64,000 bases of DNA from Sphyrna mokarran. Taxonomy: Eukaryota. Positions 46,568-58,875 of this stretch are shown in pieces. Numbering within the stretch: position 1 is the first letter of the stretch; every line of letters starts with the position of its first letter. The notes below the pieces were generated by a model. The model had not been told where the DNA came from. It did not search any database and worked only from the letters and a program-made list of their open reading frames with translations. A program made the position numbers and the translations under genes. Location of the stretch: contig JAGIQG010000005.1 of the NCBI GenBank assembly GCA_024679065.1, forward strand, positions 93,310,001 to 93,374,000, given 5' to 3'.

Positions 46568-47889
46568 GTCTGGAGAGACGTAAATGCAAAATCATCACTT
46601 ACACCAGAAACAATAACACACGTTACCAAGTGCAACAGGAAAAGAAAGTAATGGGAGCAGAGGTTGTGACAAGATTGTGACAAGAATCTGTTGAACTCAG
46701 CGTTGAATATAGAAAAGGCTGTGGCATGTCAAATGGAAAGATGAGGAGCTGTTTCTCGAGTTTATGTTGAGCTTTACTGCTGTAGGAGGCTGAGGGCAGA
46801 GAAATCAAAGTGGAAACGGAACAGAGAATTAAAGTGCCATTAAATTGGATATGGTTCCACAAACCTTGTGAATGCAAAGAGAACCTAGATTTTCAATCTC
46901 AGATAAAAAGTAGCCTGGATAGGATGAAATAATTTAGAAATAATCAGAATCTGAAGCAGCAAATGAAACCTGTATTTCTGCCGGTGGTCACTTTGTTCAT
47001 TTAAATTCTGAAATTCTTGTACAAGAGGCAATGATGTGATTCGAAATTGGAGGCTGAATCCATCACATTATCTCTGAATATTCAATTGGGATCAACTCAG
47101 TTATATAATGCTTCAGGCTATCTGCAGTGGAAAACACATTAAATAGCAAAGGTCATAACTCAGAACACTGAAGTAGTCAATTCTTGTTTGTAATTCAGTC
47201 TGCTGTTTATCTATGGCACTGTTGTCATCTATTTCCAATGACCTATTTAATTTCAAACTCATTTTTAGGTAATGCATTATTTCAATGGACTCATCTCAAT
47301 TTACTTCCATAATTTTGCAATGCCTCTTCCAACTGTCTGCCATTTTTAGGTCAATTTCATGCATATAAAATCAGACAGCTCAATGCTGTCCAAATATTGG
47401 GAGCAACTTAGAAGAAAAGCTATCAGGGATTATATTACTGCAGCAAAATAAAATCATTTTTGAAAGGTGAATAGTTAGGATAAAATAATTACAGAAATCT
47501 AAAATGAGACAGAATGATATTCATCAGCAAAGTCCATATAAGACCCGATGTTGGAACATGTTGGCAACATTTCTTGTTATCTTGTATGCTTCTTATGGGT
47601 TGGAAGCCAGGAATCAAATCAACTGAGCATGTAACAAAATGCTGCGGATACTGGTAATCTGAAATAAAAACAGGAAAGTACTTCAGCAGCTCAGGCAGCA
47701 TCTATAGAGAGAGAAAGGCAGGAGTAACATATCGCATCAATTGGTTTTTTGTTAGGACCAAAAGGTGCTTCCTGATCTCTACCATGTACTGCAACATAGC
47801 TGCTCCCAATCAGTTTCTTCAGCGATACCAACTCACTATAGTTCAAAGCTGTTCTGGTTCTCAGTTCCGAATGGGCACTGCCCATCAAA

Positions 47890-48518
47890 AATTCTGGGAC
47901 AGTGGGTGGAAGTCTCCCATCCAGGATTAAGTCCCATGCTGGGAGTGAGGACAGGGTATGTTTCTCACTGCAGAGACTGACAGGAAACCACACCATTCTA
48001 TAACTAACTATGCTTTTGGGGGATTTACGCCATATTCTGTGACAGTTTGATGGCTCACTTCCCACTGTCATGCCTTGTTCTCATACTGAAAAGTTACCTG
48101 ACATCATTGACCCACCATTGAAGAAAAAAGATAGATCTCCAGGAACACTCTGAGGCTGGAATTCAACCTGATAGCAGCTCTGCCCACCCCCTGCTGAGTT
48201 GTTCCAGTGTCCACGGTCACTGGTGGCCTCCATCCCAAACTTTGCAGCCAGTCTCAGACGTGGGACCTCTTCGAGTAATTCCTGACCTCTGCATAGCACG
48301 TTGGTCCAAGCGTGTTCTGGACCAACATGCTGCGTATTCTGTTAATTGGGATGACAATCAATTTTATGCCGGCCTTCAGTGAATTCCTGGTCCAGCATAG
48401 TGAGCACCATTGGAAGATCCCCCCATTGGAAATTCATGCCAGCATGAAACTGATTTTTGGGTCTCCTGCTGAGTATGCCCAGGCCACTCGTGATTAGAGT
48501 CATGGGAGAATTCCACCC
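47890..48518. mobile_element. Harbinger-type MITE
   Basis: Right terminus GGGAGAATTCCACCC followed by AAT. Confidence 0.5.
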
Positions 48519-49282
48519 AATACCTCTTATGAGGTTCCCTTGCTTACCTACAGTATAACTACCTGTTTTTCAGCCAATCAGACTGGTTGGATAGACCCAT
48601 CTGAGAGCTGTGACTCTCAAAGAAGCAAGTCTCAGTACAGTTATAGTTTAAGCATTCCAATTCTCGTTTGGAGGCATTATTGTTCCCCCTGCAGCTTCTT
48701 TTAAGGCAGTGGAGGGAGCCCGCCTTTGGCCAACAGCAGGATTATCTGATCCCACCACTGTAAATGGAGTTTCCCATTGTTCACAACCTCTGCCGCTGGT
48801 GAATTCTGGAAGACACAGTAAGAAGTCTCACAGCACCAGGTTTCAAATTCTGAAAGCACAGAGACAGTGATACAGGGAAATAAGAGATTTCTTTCAATGC
48901 AGGAAAGCTGCTGCTGGGTTTTTGCTTATCTCCCCTGATTTAACTTGAGTCTGGACATGCCAGGGAGCAGTACAATTGGCTTCAGTTAGTGTGGGCTAGA
49001 GAAGGAGAGTATCAAGCAGAGTTACATTGTTGATCACTATTCATTGATGACTGCTGATATAATAGATACTTACGTGTTTTTGAATTGCAGTTTAAGAATA
49101 CAATGATGTTCCACAATGATATCTCCACAACTGAATTACTTCCCCACACTCACTTTCTAGTCTCAAGAATATGAACTATCAGGACCTGAAAATAGAGACA
49201 ATACTCAGACACCCTTACAAGAACACATGATAGCTGGAGCCATGTTAAATACACTGCTGTCACTCAAATGCTAATGGTTCTT

Positions 49283-50597
49283 TTTTTTATTTATTAGTGC
49301 CTATAAGTAGGCTTGCATTAACACTGCAATGAAGTTAATAAAGGTGCACAGTGTTACGGGTAATGTATTAGCATGGATAGATAATTGATTAACTAACAGA
49401 AAGCAAAGCGTGGGGGTAAATAGGTGTTTTTTTGGTTGACGATCAATGTTGCAACCCCAATTGTTTATGATTTACACAGATGATTTGGAGTTAGGGACCA
49501 AGTGTAGTGTGTCAAAATTCACAGATGACACTAAGATGGGTGGAAAAGCAAAGTGTGGAGAGGATGCTGAAAGTCTGTAAAGGATATAGATAATCTAAGT
49601 GAGTGGGCTAGGGTCTGGCAGATGGAGTACAATATTGCTAAATGTCAGGTCATCCATTTTAGTAGGAATAACAGCAAAATGGATTATTGTTTAAATGATA
49701 AAAAATTGCAGCATGCAGAGGAACATGGGTGTCGTTGTGCAGGCATCTCAAAGAGTTGGTTTGCAGGTGCAGCAGGTAATTAAGAAAATAAATGGAATTT
49801 TGTCCTTCATTGCTGGAGGGATGGAGTCTAAAAACAGTGAGGTTATGTTGCAGCTGTATAAGGTGCTGGTGAGGCCACAAGTAGAGTACTGTGTATGCTT
49901 TTGGTCTCCTTACTTGAGAAAGGATATACTGGCACTGGATGGGGTGCAGAGGAGATTCACTAGGTTGATTTTGATGTTAAGAGGGTTGGCTTATGAGGAG
50001 AGACAGAGTAGATTGGGGCTATACTCATTGGAATTCAGCAGAATGAGGGGAGATCTTATAGAAACATAAGATTATGAAGGGAATAGATAAAATAGAAGCA
50101 GAGAAGTTGTTTTCACTGGCAGATGAAACTAGAACTAGGGGAATACCCTCAAAATAAGGGGAAGCAGATTAAGGACCGAGTTGAGAAGGAACTTCTTCAC
50201 TCAAAGAGTTGTGAATCTGTGGAATTCCCTGCCCAGTGAGGCTATCTCATCGAATGATTTTAAGGCAAGAATAGATAAATTTTTGAACAGTAAAGAAATT
50301 AAGGGTTATGGTGAGCAGGCGGGTAAGTGGAGCTGATCCACTGGCCTACTCCTGCTTTTAAGTTACTGCAAAAATTCCCTCCTGCACCTGTTTGGGTATA
50401 TTGAGAAGAAATTTAGCAAGGTCAAGTCACTTAACCAGCATGTCTTTCAGGCTGTGGGAGAAAACTGGAGCACCTGGAGGAAACCCATGCAGACATGGGG
50501 AGAATGTGCAAATTCTGCAGTGACAGTGACCCAAGCTGGGAATTGAACACGGGTCCCAACAACTGTGAGGCAGCGGTGCTAATCACTGTGCCACCCT
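49283..50597 (-). mobile_element. V-SINE variant (non-CR1 tail) split by a CR1 insertion
   Basis: Tail at 49283-49337 (TTTATTTATTAGTG..AAGTAGGCTTGCATTAACACTGCAATGAAGTTA). Body and head at 50360-50597. Confidence 0.88.
49338..50359 (+). mobile_element. CR1/HER1 LINE ORF2 3' fragment with 6-bp TSD
   Basis: VSKFTDDTK; EVMLQLYKVLVRPQVEYCVCFWSPYLRKDILALDGVQRRFTRLI. AAGTTA at 49332-49337 and 50360-50365. Confidence 0.95.
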
Positions 50598-51644
50598 GGT
50601 TCTTGCTTGAAAATTAGCATTTTTTTTCATCGTTCATGGTACAGTGATCATACCCACAAACTTCTCCTTGCAATTTTAAGCAAACTAACAATTACTACAT
50701 AGTTTATGCACGGAGGTATTCAGGGTCTCAAGACTAAATCTTGAAGACATCAACTAGAGTGTCTGAACAACATTCTTTTCAATAGCTATTATCTTGTCAC
50801 TTTGTGGAGAAATGTGTGTTTCCTTTATAAAATGTATCTCCTACTGTAAGTTGCTATATTCTCCCTCTTTTGTGTGAAGTGTCTTGTTGCAAGAAAATTA
50901 GTGCTTTCTAATTATTAATTACAGAAAACAGTCAGTAAAGGTGGTTGCAAATTGGGATTATATCGTTTGAGCAGTATGAGAACCATTTTTTAATATTTTA
51001 GAATAGAAAGTTTGCATTAACAAATGAATATTCAAACAATAAAAAAAACATGTTAACTGAAGAAGAGTAGGGAGCTAGAAACAAAATCACTATAAATGCC
51101 TTCAGCCCAACAACCAACAAAGAAATTGCATTCCTCCAATTTTGGTCTTTGTGCATTGTTCTATTTTCTTTGCCCCACCATCGGTGGCTATGCTTTAGGC
51201 TGTCAAGGCCTTAGCTCTGGAGTTACCTTCTTTTTCCTTCATACTGTTCCTTAAAATCTGCAATGTTGATTAAACTGTTTGACCAAATATTTTCTTCCTC
51301 TGCTCAACATCAATTTGTAACTGAATAATTTCCTGAGATTGTCCTTGGACTTATTGTGTTGAACGTGCTATATCAGTGTATGTTGTTGTTGTTCAAGTAC
51401 ATAACAAGTATGAATAGACCAGTTGGAGATGATGCTAAAATTACAGCACAGAAATAGCCATTCAGCACAACCCTTGTCTCATTATGTCCCTTCAACACTT
51501 TTTCCTTTATACAAGTTTTAATCTGAACTTCAATACTAACAATTTCAGGGCAGTGGAGCTGGGATTTAAATATCAAATTGGACAGGGAATCAGAGATCTG
51601 GTTTGGGGATTTTGAAGCTGGGAAATATGTCCAAGATCAGGTTT

Positions 51645-51921
51645 AGATTTGGGCCTGTGTCTGCGGGAGTTTGCGCGTTCTCCCTGTGGTTGCGTGGGTT
51701 TTCTCTGGGTGCTCCGGTTTCCTCCCACATCCCAAAAATGTGCTCTTAGGCTGATTGGGTAACAAATTGTCCCTATATTGGTCCCTATATGGGAATCTTC
51801 CACAATAGGCAGAGCTTAAAGTCATGGATATGTCATTAAGACGTTAGGACGGCAGCGCGGGCTCGTTGGGCTGAAGGGCCTGTTTCCCGTGCTGTGTTGC
51901 TCTTTGTTCTTTGTTCTTTGT
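51645..51921 (+). mobile_element. Headless V-domain plus CR1-type tail with (TTCTTTG)n, related to 37758-38050
   Basis: GATTTGGGCCTGTGTCTGCGGGAGTTTGCGCGTTCTCCC...CTCCCACATCCCAAAAATGTGCTCTTAGGCTGATTGG...GGGCTCGTTGGGCTGAAGGGCCTGTTTCCCGTGCTG..(TTCTTTG)n. Confidence 0.85.
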
Positions 51922-51964
51922 ATTAGGGTCACGGATTGAAGGATCAAGGGAAGGAGAATGATCG

Positions 51965-52200
51965 ATCAAACATAGAAACATAGAAGATAACAGCAGGAGA
52001 AGGCCATTTGCCCCTTCAAACCTGTTCTGCCATCCATCATGATAATGGATGATCATTCAACTCAGTAGCCTGCTTTCTTCCCATAATCTTTGATCCCATT
52101 CACCTCAAGTGTTATACCTCGTTGTCTCTTGAATACATTCAATGTTTTGGCATCGACTATTTCTTATGATAATGAATTCCACAAGCTCACTACTCCTTGG
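51965..52200 (-). mobile_element. CR1 3' fragment
   Basis: (AAACATAG)n tail, AGGCCATTTGCCCCTTC hairpin and GAATTCCACAAGCTCAC. Confidence 0.85.
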
Positions 52201-52279
52201 GCTAGGCTGTTTGCAGCTTTGATGCCACATTTGATCCTGAAATGAACTTTTGACCTCATCGGCATGCCATCTTTAAGAC

Positions 52280-52870
52280 CGTTTATTTCCACCTCAATAG
52301 CATCACTCAGCATTGCCCTTGACTGAGCAGATTTGCTGTGAAATCCTCACCATGTTTTCATTACCTCTAAAACTTGATTTTTCAAAACACTCCTCCCACG
52401 TTCGACCCTCCATAACCTTGAGGTCATCCAAAGCTCTCCTACACCATCTTAATACACAGCAACATCCGTTCCCTGTCATTCCCGTGCTCGTTCAGCTACA
52501 ATGGCTCCCAGTCAAGCAATGTTTTGATTTTAAAATTCTCATTCTTGTTTTCAAATCCCTTCATGGGGATTTACCCTTTCCTATCTCATGCCTATCTCAT
52601 TCCTAATCATGCACTCCAAATCATAATAAGTCCATCACTGGTGGCTGTGCCTTCAGTTGCTGAGGTCCCAACATCTGGGATCCCTTCCCTACATCTCTCC
52701 ACTTCACTTTCCTCTATTAAGACAGTTGAAACCTATCTCTTTGACCCAGCTTTTGGCCATCCAACATAACTAATCCTCATGTGGCTTGGTGTCATACATT
52801 GTTTTTGAACACTCCTGTACAGCACCTTGGGAATATTTAATTTCATTGAAGCTGTTATATAAAGATAAGT
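52280..52870 (+). mobile_element. L2 LINE ORF2 C-terminus and 3' end (another at ~51130-51385)
   Basis: PVIPVLVQLQWLPVKQCFDFKILILVFKSLHG (from HITPVL..LHWLPV..RI.FKIL) and a GCTGTTATATAAAGATAAGTTGTTG tail. Confidence 0.88.
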
Positions 52871-53029
52871 TGTTGTGGTTGAATGGGGATTACTGATGGG
52901 ATCAAGGATAAATCATTGTTGGTGGACGTTAGGGGACAGGTTGCTGTGCAATAGGGGGAGATGACTTTGGGAGAGGGGAAGAGTTGGCAATTCACTTGAG
53001 GATGGGCCATCTGATATGTTGTGGCTATC

Positions 53030-53272
53030 AGTTTATTTATTAGTGTCACAAGTACATCAACACCATAGTGAAGTTACTGTGAAAATACCTTAGTTGCCAC
53101 ACTCTGGCACCTGTTCGTTTATACTGAGGTGGAATTTAGCGTGGCCAATGCACCTAACCAGCTCCTCGGACTGTAAGAGAAAACTGGAGCACCCGGAGGA
53201 AACCCACGCAAACACGGGGAGAACGTGCAAACTCTGCATGGGTGGGAACCCAAGCCAGGAATCGATCCTGGG
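53030..53272 (-). mobile_element. V-SINE variant (non-CR1 tail)
   Basis: GTTTATTTATTAGTGTCACAAGTA...GAAGTTACTGTGAAAAT...GGAGAACGTGCAAACTC...GGAATCGATCC. Confidence 0.88.
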
Positions 53273-53717
53273 ATGAGAATAGGTTGTGTTGCACTATCAA
53301 ACGGCCTGTTAATTCTCAGTGCAAAGTCTCAGCCATAGAAGATGGCTAAACTATATCGCTATATGGTGGCGAATTCCTAGTTAATTAATATTGCTGGAGA
53401 GCTAAGCTTGGAACTGTTATATTTGTATCGGGAATGTGCAGACTGGATACAGATTTATTAGAAGAAATGATACACATAGTGATGCAAAGGCTGTGGGAGA
53501 TCTTGTGTTAACAGTTGCTGCACAAGCTGTCACATGGGTGATTAGGGTGGTTTTCATGACAATGAACTTGCTTTTATCCTCAGCTAAAATCATGCCCTGT
53601 GTTCCTTGACCTTTACTCTTGGTTTCCATTAATATAACTGCTTAGCATTCCAAAGACTTGTATGGTATCTGTGACATTAAGTATATGACCTCATTCATCT
53701 AGACTCCTGGTGCCATC

Positions 53718-54798
53718 AGACATTCTCCTAAAAAAAGTCTTAAGTGTAGAATTTGCATAAAAACTGCAGTAAATCACACTGGTTTTTGCAATGGGATTTT
53801 CAAAATGAATTTCCTACATGTTGTGAGTGCATTAGTGTGAGTCTTGTTGAAAATCAGTGGATGGGGCCCATTCCCGCTGGAGAGACTGGCAGCGTAGTGC
53901 TGATTAGGCCATTGCGCATGCGACAATCTGTCAATGCCGGGGTCAGTGTGTGTGCAGTAGCCCCAACACTGCTGGCCTCCTTATCGCTAGCCAGCCCTGT
54001 GAGCCCCATAATGCTTGTCCTCAGTTATCCCCTCCACGGCCCAATTGCTGGCCCCTCAGACATGCATGGGCCAGCTTCGACAACCACCACCCCCCCAAGG
54101 CTCCAGCCTGCTTTGATATCACCCTCTCTCCAGCTCCCCTCAGCCCCAATTTCCCAATCCCAATTCCACCGCCTCCCCCCACCCCCACCCACCTCCCACC
54201 CCTCCCACCCCACCCCCCACCCCCCGCCGATCCTTCTCTCCAGCCTGCACGACTCCCCCCACCACCCTCCCCACCTCTCCATCCCGGTGGTCAGCCCCTA
54301 TCACTGGTCCCCCTTACTCTGCCACACAGCCCAAATGCATCTCCTCACCCTCACCAATCAACTGTCATTAGGCCCTCCCCCCATCAAGTCCCACCCCCTT
54401 GAGACTGCCCTAAGGATGGTGGGCAATGCCAAAGTGCCGCCTGGCATTAGCACTTTGCACCTTAGGCAGTGCCAGAGGGTCTAGGGGCAGCTCCACCGGT
54501 GCCACGCCCTCTGGGGGTCTCGATAGAGGAGGGGGCTTGGTGGGTAGAGGCTAGTGAGCCCGGAGATTTCAGTCCCTGGCCTGCTAATGCTATTAAAAAT
54601 ATATTGAGATGTGTATTTACATAAATTATGCAGGTCCACACAAGGAACTGGCACAGAGTGGACAGCTTTGGAAATTTGGCTGCTAGGTCCATGCAGAGGC
54701 CATGGCGTCCAGTAGGGAGGCAGTGAAACAGCTTCTGCTCGAGTCTCCCAGCCTCCTGCACTATAAAAGTAGTGCACCAGGATGGGAGAATCACACCC
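53718..54798 (+). mobile_element. Large Harbinger-type MITE with C-rich interior
   Basis: Left end ATTCTCCTAAAAAAA; right end GGGAGAATCACACCC followed by AAT. Homologous to 14790-15770 and 35500-36640. Confidence 0.75.
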
Positions 54799-55334
54799 AA
54801 TCTGTGGTAAGTGTAGCATTCCGGGAGAAACAAGTGACTTTAAATTATGCTTCCAAAGATACTTATCACTGAGAATTCTCCTTGCATCCAGCCTAGGATC
54901 TATTGTAAACTAATTGATAGAGAATGATTGCCACGATTAGGCAACTATATTGTAACATTTGAGTATCAGTATTTGATGTTTAGAGATGGCACTCAGAATA
55001 CTCGATAAACTAAAGTAACTTTATTGTGGTGTCTTCTCTCTCATACCCGCTGCTACCTACATTAGCTCCCTCCATTTCCCACCCTCCATTACATTGCTTC
55101 TTTGCATACATTACTACTGCTCCACAGTCAGCCAAAAAGGAGAAATATATAACATTTCCTCCCCCCTTAATTTGAAAATGTTCAACATGAACAATAGTCA
55201 AAGGGTCACCTTAGAGTCCCCACAAATCCTCACAGAGCCATCTTTCCTGATAACTGGAACAAAAGGCGTGGCCTATTCGCTGACAGCTTCCAAAACGCCA
55301 GTCTTCACAGCCGCTCCAAGTCAGCCTTAACCAT

Positions 55335-56755
55335 AAGTCTAATTGTATATGGTATAGGCTCTGCCTTCAAAGATTTCATTTGCCTTCCATCTTTGATTTT
55401 TAGTTTGACTGTAATGTCCTTCATGCTCCTTAGTTCTCCTTCAAGAACAACAGTGGCTGGAATTTTCCCATCCTGTCTGCCTCTGGAATTTTAGCAGATG
55501 GGTGGCGGAAAATATGAAATGCCACTGATGGTCAGGTGGGAATTTCCAACTTATAGACCATCACAAACAGAGATTTCCACCCAGTGTGTTTCTTTAAAAT
55601 TTTCTTGAGTCCTGTATCTCCATTCATCATCATGTGGACTTCAGCCCAGTTCAGTTTAATCTTCTCCAGCCATGCACGACCCATCAATGCCGGGTCATTT
55701 CCCTTCATTACATGTACAAGCAAATCTGCTGCTTGTTCATTAAGCTGCTACTGCAATGCAGCCCTTCAAGGGGAACCACTTTGCTGTATGCTTTCAGCAC
55801 TATCTTTGATGGCTTTAAGAGAATGTGTTGGAACTTCTCATTTTAGATCATCTCTGGCACCAGCGAGACTGCTGTCCTAGTGTCAACTTCTACCCTTACT
55901 GGCTGTCCTTCCAACACTGGAGTGACCCAATATCCACATGTAATGCCAGCGATGACTAGCACATGTAATAACAGCTCTGCCTCTGACTGTGTGTCACATT
56001 GCTTTTCTCAACCCTATTGTACAGCAAGCACATTTCTCCTTTTACTTTGCTTAAATGTTATCTTGGTCTGATTCTGCTTTTTATTTTTATATATAGTTTG
56101 CTTCTTGTTCCTGCTAGCATGTTCTGTGGCCCTTTGTTGCAGAGCTTTGAAATTCCATATCTTTACAGCAGCTTTCAGCAGTGGAATATCCTGGCTTTGC
56201 ACAACGGTAATGGGTTCGAGTCCCAGTGTGTACCGATTCAGTGGACAGTTTGTGCACCTGAGTGGATGAATTCAATTGCTGGTCTTCCTTTGCATCCAAC
56301 TCCATAGTTATGGTGATTTCAGTGGCTTTCTGCAGAATGAGATTACTTTCAGTTTACAGACATTTTTTATGTTGGTTCACTGATAGCTCATAAATATGTC
56401 TGTCACAAATGGTGTCATTAAGCATATTTCCAAATTGACAATGGTCTTAAGCCTTTCAAGCATTGCAACAAATTATCAATCGACTCCCCCTCCTTTTTGT
56501 TTCTCTGAAATCACCAGGGGGTTAGGCAAAAAATGTGCTAGCAATATTTCCCCAATTTGCTTGTATGTTGTCGTGCCAGCTTATCACATTGCATAAGCTG
56601 AGAGGAGATTAAAAGTTTTACCTCTTGCCACACTCAGGAAAGTGGACACCGTAATGTCTTCATCTTTTTTCTTCACCAGCACAAAATAGTCAAAACGCTC
56701 AGTATAAGAGCTGCACTGCTTCACATTCTTATCATAAGCTCCAACACCACAAAAA
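55335..56755 (-). mobile_element. Ty3/Gypsy LTR-retrotransposon internal remnant: gag, zinc knuckle and aspartic protease (decayed)
   Basis: Minus strand VGAYDKNVKQCSSYTERFDYFVL...TFLSVARGKTFNLL (gag N-terminus), a decayed CCHC knuckle (HYRCAKPGY...KGH), GYWVTPVLEGQPVRVEVDT(R)TAVSL (DTG site) and PALMGRAWLEKIKLNWAEV. Confidence 0.88.
55455..55582. mobile_element. Short Harbinger-type MITE with 3-bp TSD
   Basis: Termini GGCTGGAATTTTC / GAGATTTCCACCC, with AGT on both sides (55452-55454, 55583-55585). Removing it restores the Gypsy reading frame. Confidence 0.85.
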
Positions 56756-57020
56756 GCAGCATGGTGTCACAGTGATTAGCACTGCTGCTTCACAATGCTA
56801 GGGATCTGGGTTCAATTCCCAGCTTCGATCATGTCTGTGTGGAATCTGCATGTTTTCCCTGTGTGTCTGTGTGATTTTCTCTGGATGCTCTGGTTTCCTC
56901 CCACATCCTGCTAAATTCTCCCTCAGTGTGCCTGGACAGACACCCGATTAAGGGACTTTCACAATAACTTCATTGCAGTGTTAATGTAAGCTTACTAGTG
57001 ATTAATTAATTGACTTTAAG
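56755..57020 (+). mobile_element. V-SINE variant (non-CR1 tail)
   Basis: HE1 head and V-domain, then CTAAATTCTCCCTCAGTG...AACTTCATTGCAGTGTTAATGTAAGCTTACTAGTGA. Confidence 0.88.
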
Positions 57021-58169
57021 CTCTCATCAATTTTACTCATGTAGGTTTGCCTTATGCATGTTTTGAAACCACTGTATAAGCAGCCACCTCAGTTTTCTTA
57101 TTGCACACAGCATTAATTTGAGCGTCTGTCAGTCATTTACAACAGCCAGCTCTAGAATCTGTTTTCCAGAGTATCTTTTACTCATGTCCGCATCAGCCAG
57201 CTGATTCTCCCTGTAGACAGCCATATGAAAAGCATGTGTGAAAAGTTTCCCTTTTTCTGCCTTTCCTTTGTTTAAACTTCTTATTTTGAGTGGGTTAGCA
57301 AGTGCATGTTTGTTATCCTTGTCGTCAGATTTGTTGTGTATTTGGAGAATGACACTCAGGAATACTTGATAAACGAACATAACTTTATCATGGCCTGCTC
57401 TCTCTCATACAAATATATAACAACCAGGTTGGTAGAAGGCAAACTAGATAGAGCTTGATCTTTTTTTGTCTAGTCAATTCTTGTGTTGCTACAACAGAGA
57501 TAAATATAAATTATGGAAGCTTCATGGCACCATCTATAGCAATCATGTAGACAGGAATTATCTGAACTGAATATTAGACATTTTCCAGAATGCTATTGCC
57601 AACAGATTGTGGAGAAGATATCTGTTTGTTGCACAATGCAGCCTTCAATATCAAGTAGGTTCTTTCATAAAACCTTCCCTACCCATGTTCCTAAATGCAG
57701 CAACAACTTCAAGAGAGGAAGAGATGTGAGGAGATTGTTGTATAAAAAAAATGTCTTTCTGCTTCTTGAGATGAGCAAAAATTTGTACAGCAATTGGGTT
57801 TATAAAGAAAGCAGTTCCAATAAAAACTGAAAACTAACTCTATCCATTATTGGTGATGTGAGAAGACATCACTCTGCACATAATGGCTGTTGACAGGAAC
57901 CATCTGTTTTCTTTCATCATTGTGGAAATGATTGTGCTTTGGCTTTTATTGAAGAAGCTCTCGATCCTAATTTTCATAATATAATGGTATTTATGAAAAA
58001 AAATGCTCAGAACATATCGAAAGATAGAGTGCTTCACATTAATTTTGCTTTATCTGTGGTTAGAGTATTTTTAAAGAGCCACAATGTGAAATTGAAACAA
58101 AATTAATTCAGAAAATGCCGGAAACAGTACAACTGGGCTTTCAACATCTTAACCACAAGTTAGGTTGGT

Positions 58170-58590
58170 GCTTCAGGTAGGATCATTCTTTATTGGCTCC
58201 TTTTCCCTGAAACAGTTACTTACCTTATCTTTTCTCTCCTTTTGGTTCCCCCTTTCCCTTTTTCCTCCATTTTATCTCTCTCCCCCCAACACCCCCATCT
58301 CCTCCTTCCCAATATCTTCATCTGTCACAGCTTACTCTCTGATTTCAGCTTCTCAGCCGTTTGGTCATTTACACCTTTTAGTCTCTCCAGGGACTGCCAT
58401 TAGCAGCCTTTCCCCTTATTTTTGTGGCTGTGACTCATCTTCCATTCCCTCACCCTGCAGTTTAAATATTTTTCATTTCTATGCCATTTAGCTTTGACAA
58501 AGGGTCATCTAGACTTGAAACATCAGCTTTTTTCTCTCCTTACAGATGCTGCCAAACTTGCTGAGATTTTTTGAGCATTTTCTCTTTTGG
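58170..58590 (+). mobile_element. PLE family B 3' UTR with decayed hammerhead
   Basis: GCT-TTGACAA-AGGGTCATCTAGACTT-GAAACATC-AGC at ~58491-58527, followed by the same terminus as 1975-2045. Confidence 0.75.
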
Positions 58591-58875
58591 TCTCACCTGC
58601 CTTCATAGTTCAGTTGCTAACTGGCCAGCTGTACATTTATTGCAGTTTCTATTTTTACTTCAGATTTTTCTCATTGTGTTTTCTTTTTAATTTGTGATGG
58701 ACCAGATTACAACAAGTTCATTTAGAATCTGTTATCTCTATAGCAACAACTATTTCCATTCAGATAGCACCTTTAACAGTGAAATATGAGCAATTATCAA
58801 AACAAATCTGACACATATACTGGAATATGAAATAATTGTATACAGACATTTTTGGATTATTTGGGGAAAAATACA

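Larger units (their letters stand above)
45520..46880 (-). mobile_element. PLE (GIY-YIG C-terminus and 3' UTR) with nested MITE (45620-46053), CR1 (45747-46025) and HE1 SINE (46252-46567)
   Basis: Minus-strand SKAQHKLEKQLLIF..QP (from EAQRKLEEQHLIFRLGTLQP). The PLE terminus at 45520-45619 resumes at 46054. Confidence 0.75.

Noticed and set aside
53753-54484. Longest ORF (243 aa, Pro/His-rich) and overlapping ORFs
   Set aside because: It lies inside a C-rich MITE, and low-complexity sequence lacks stops in several frames. No domain is recognisable.
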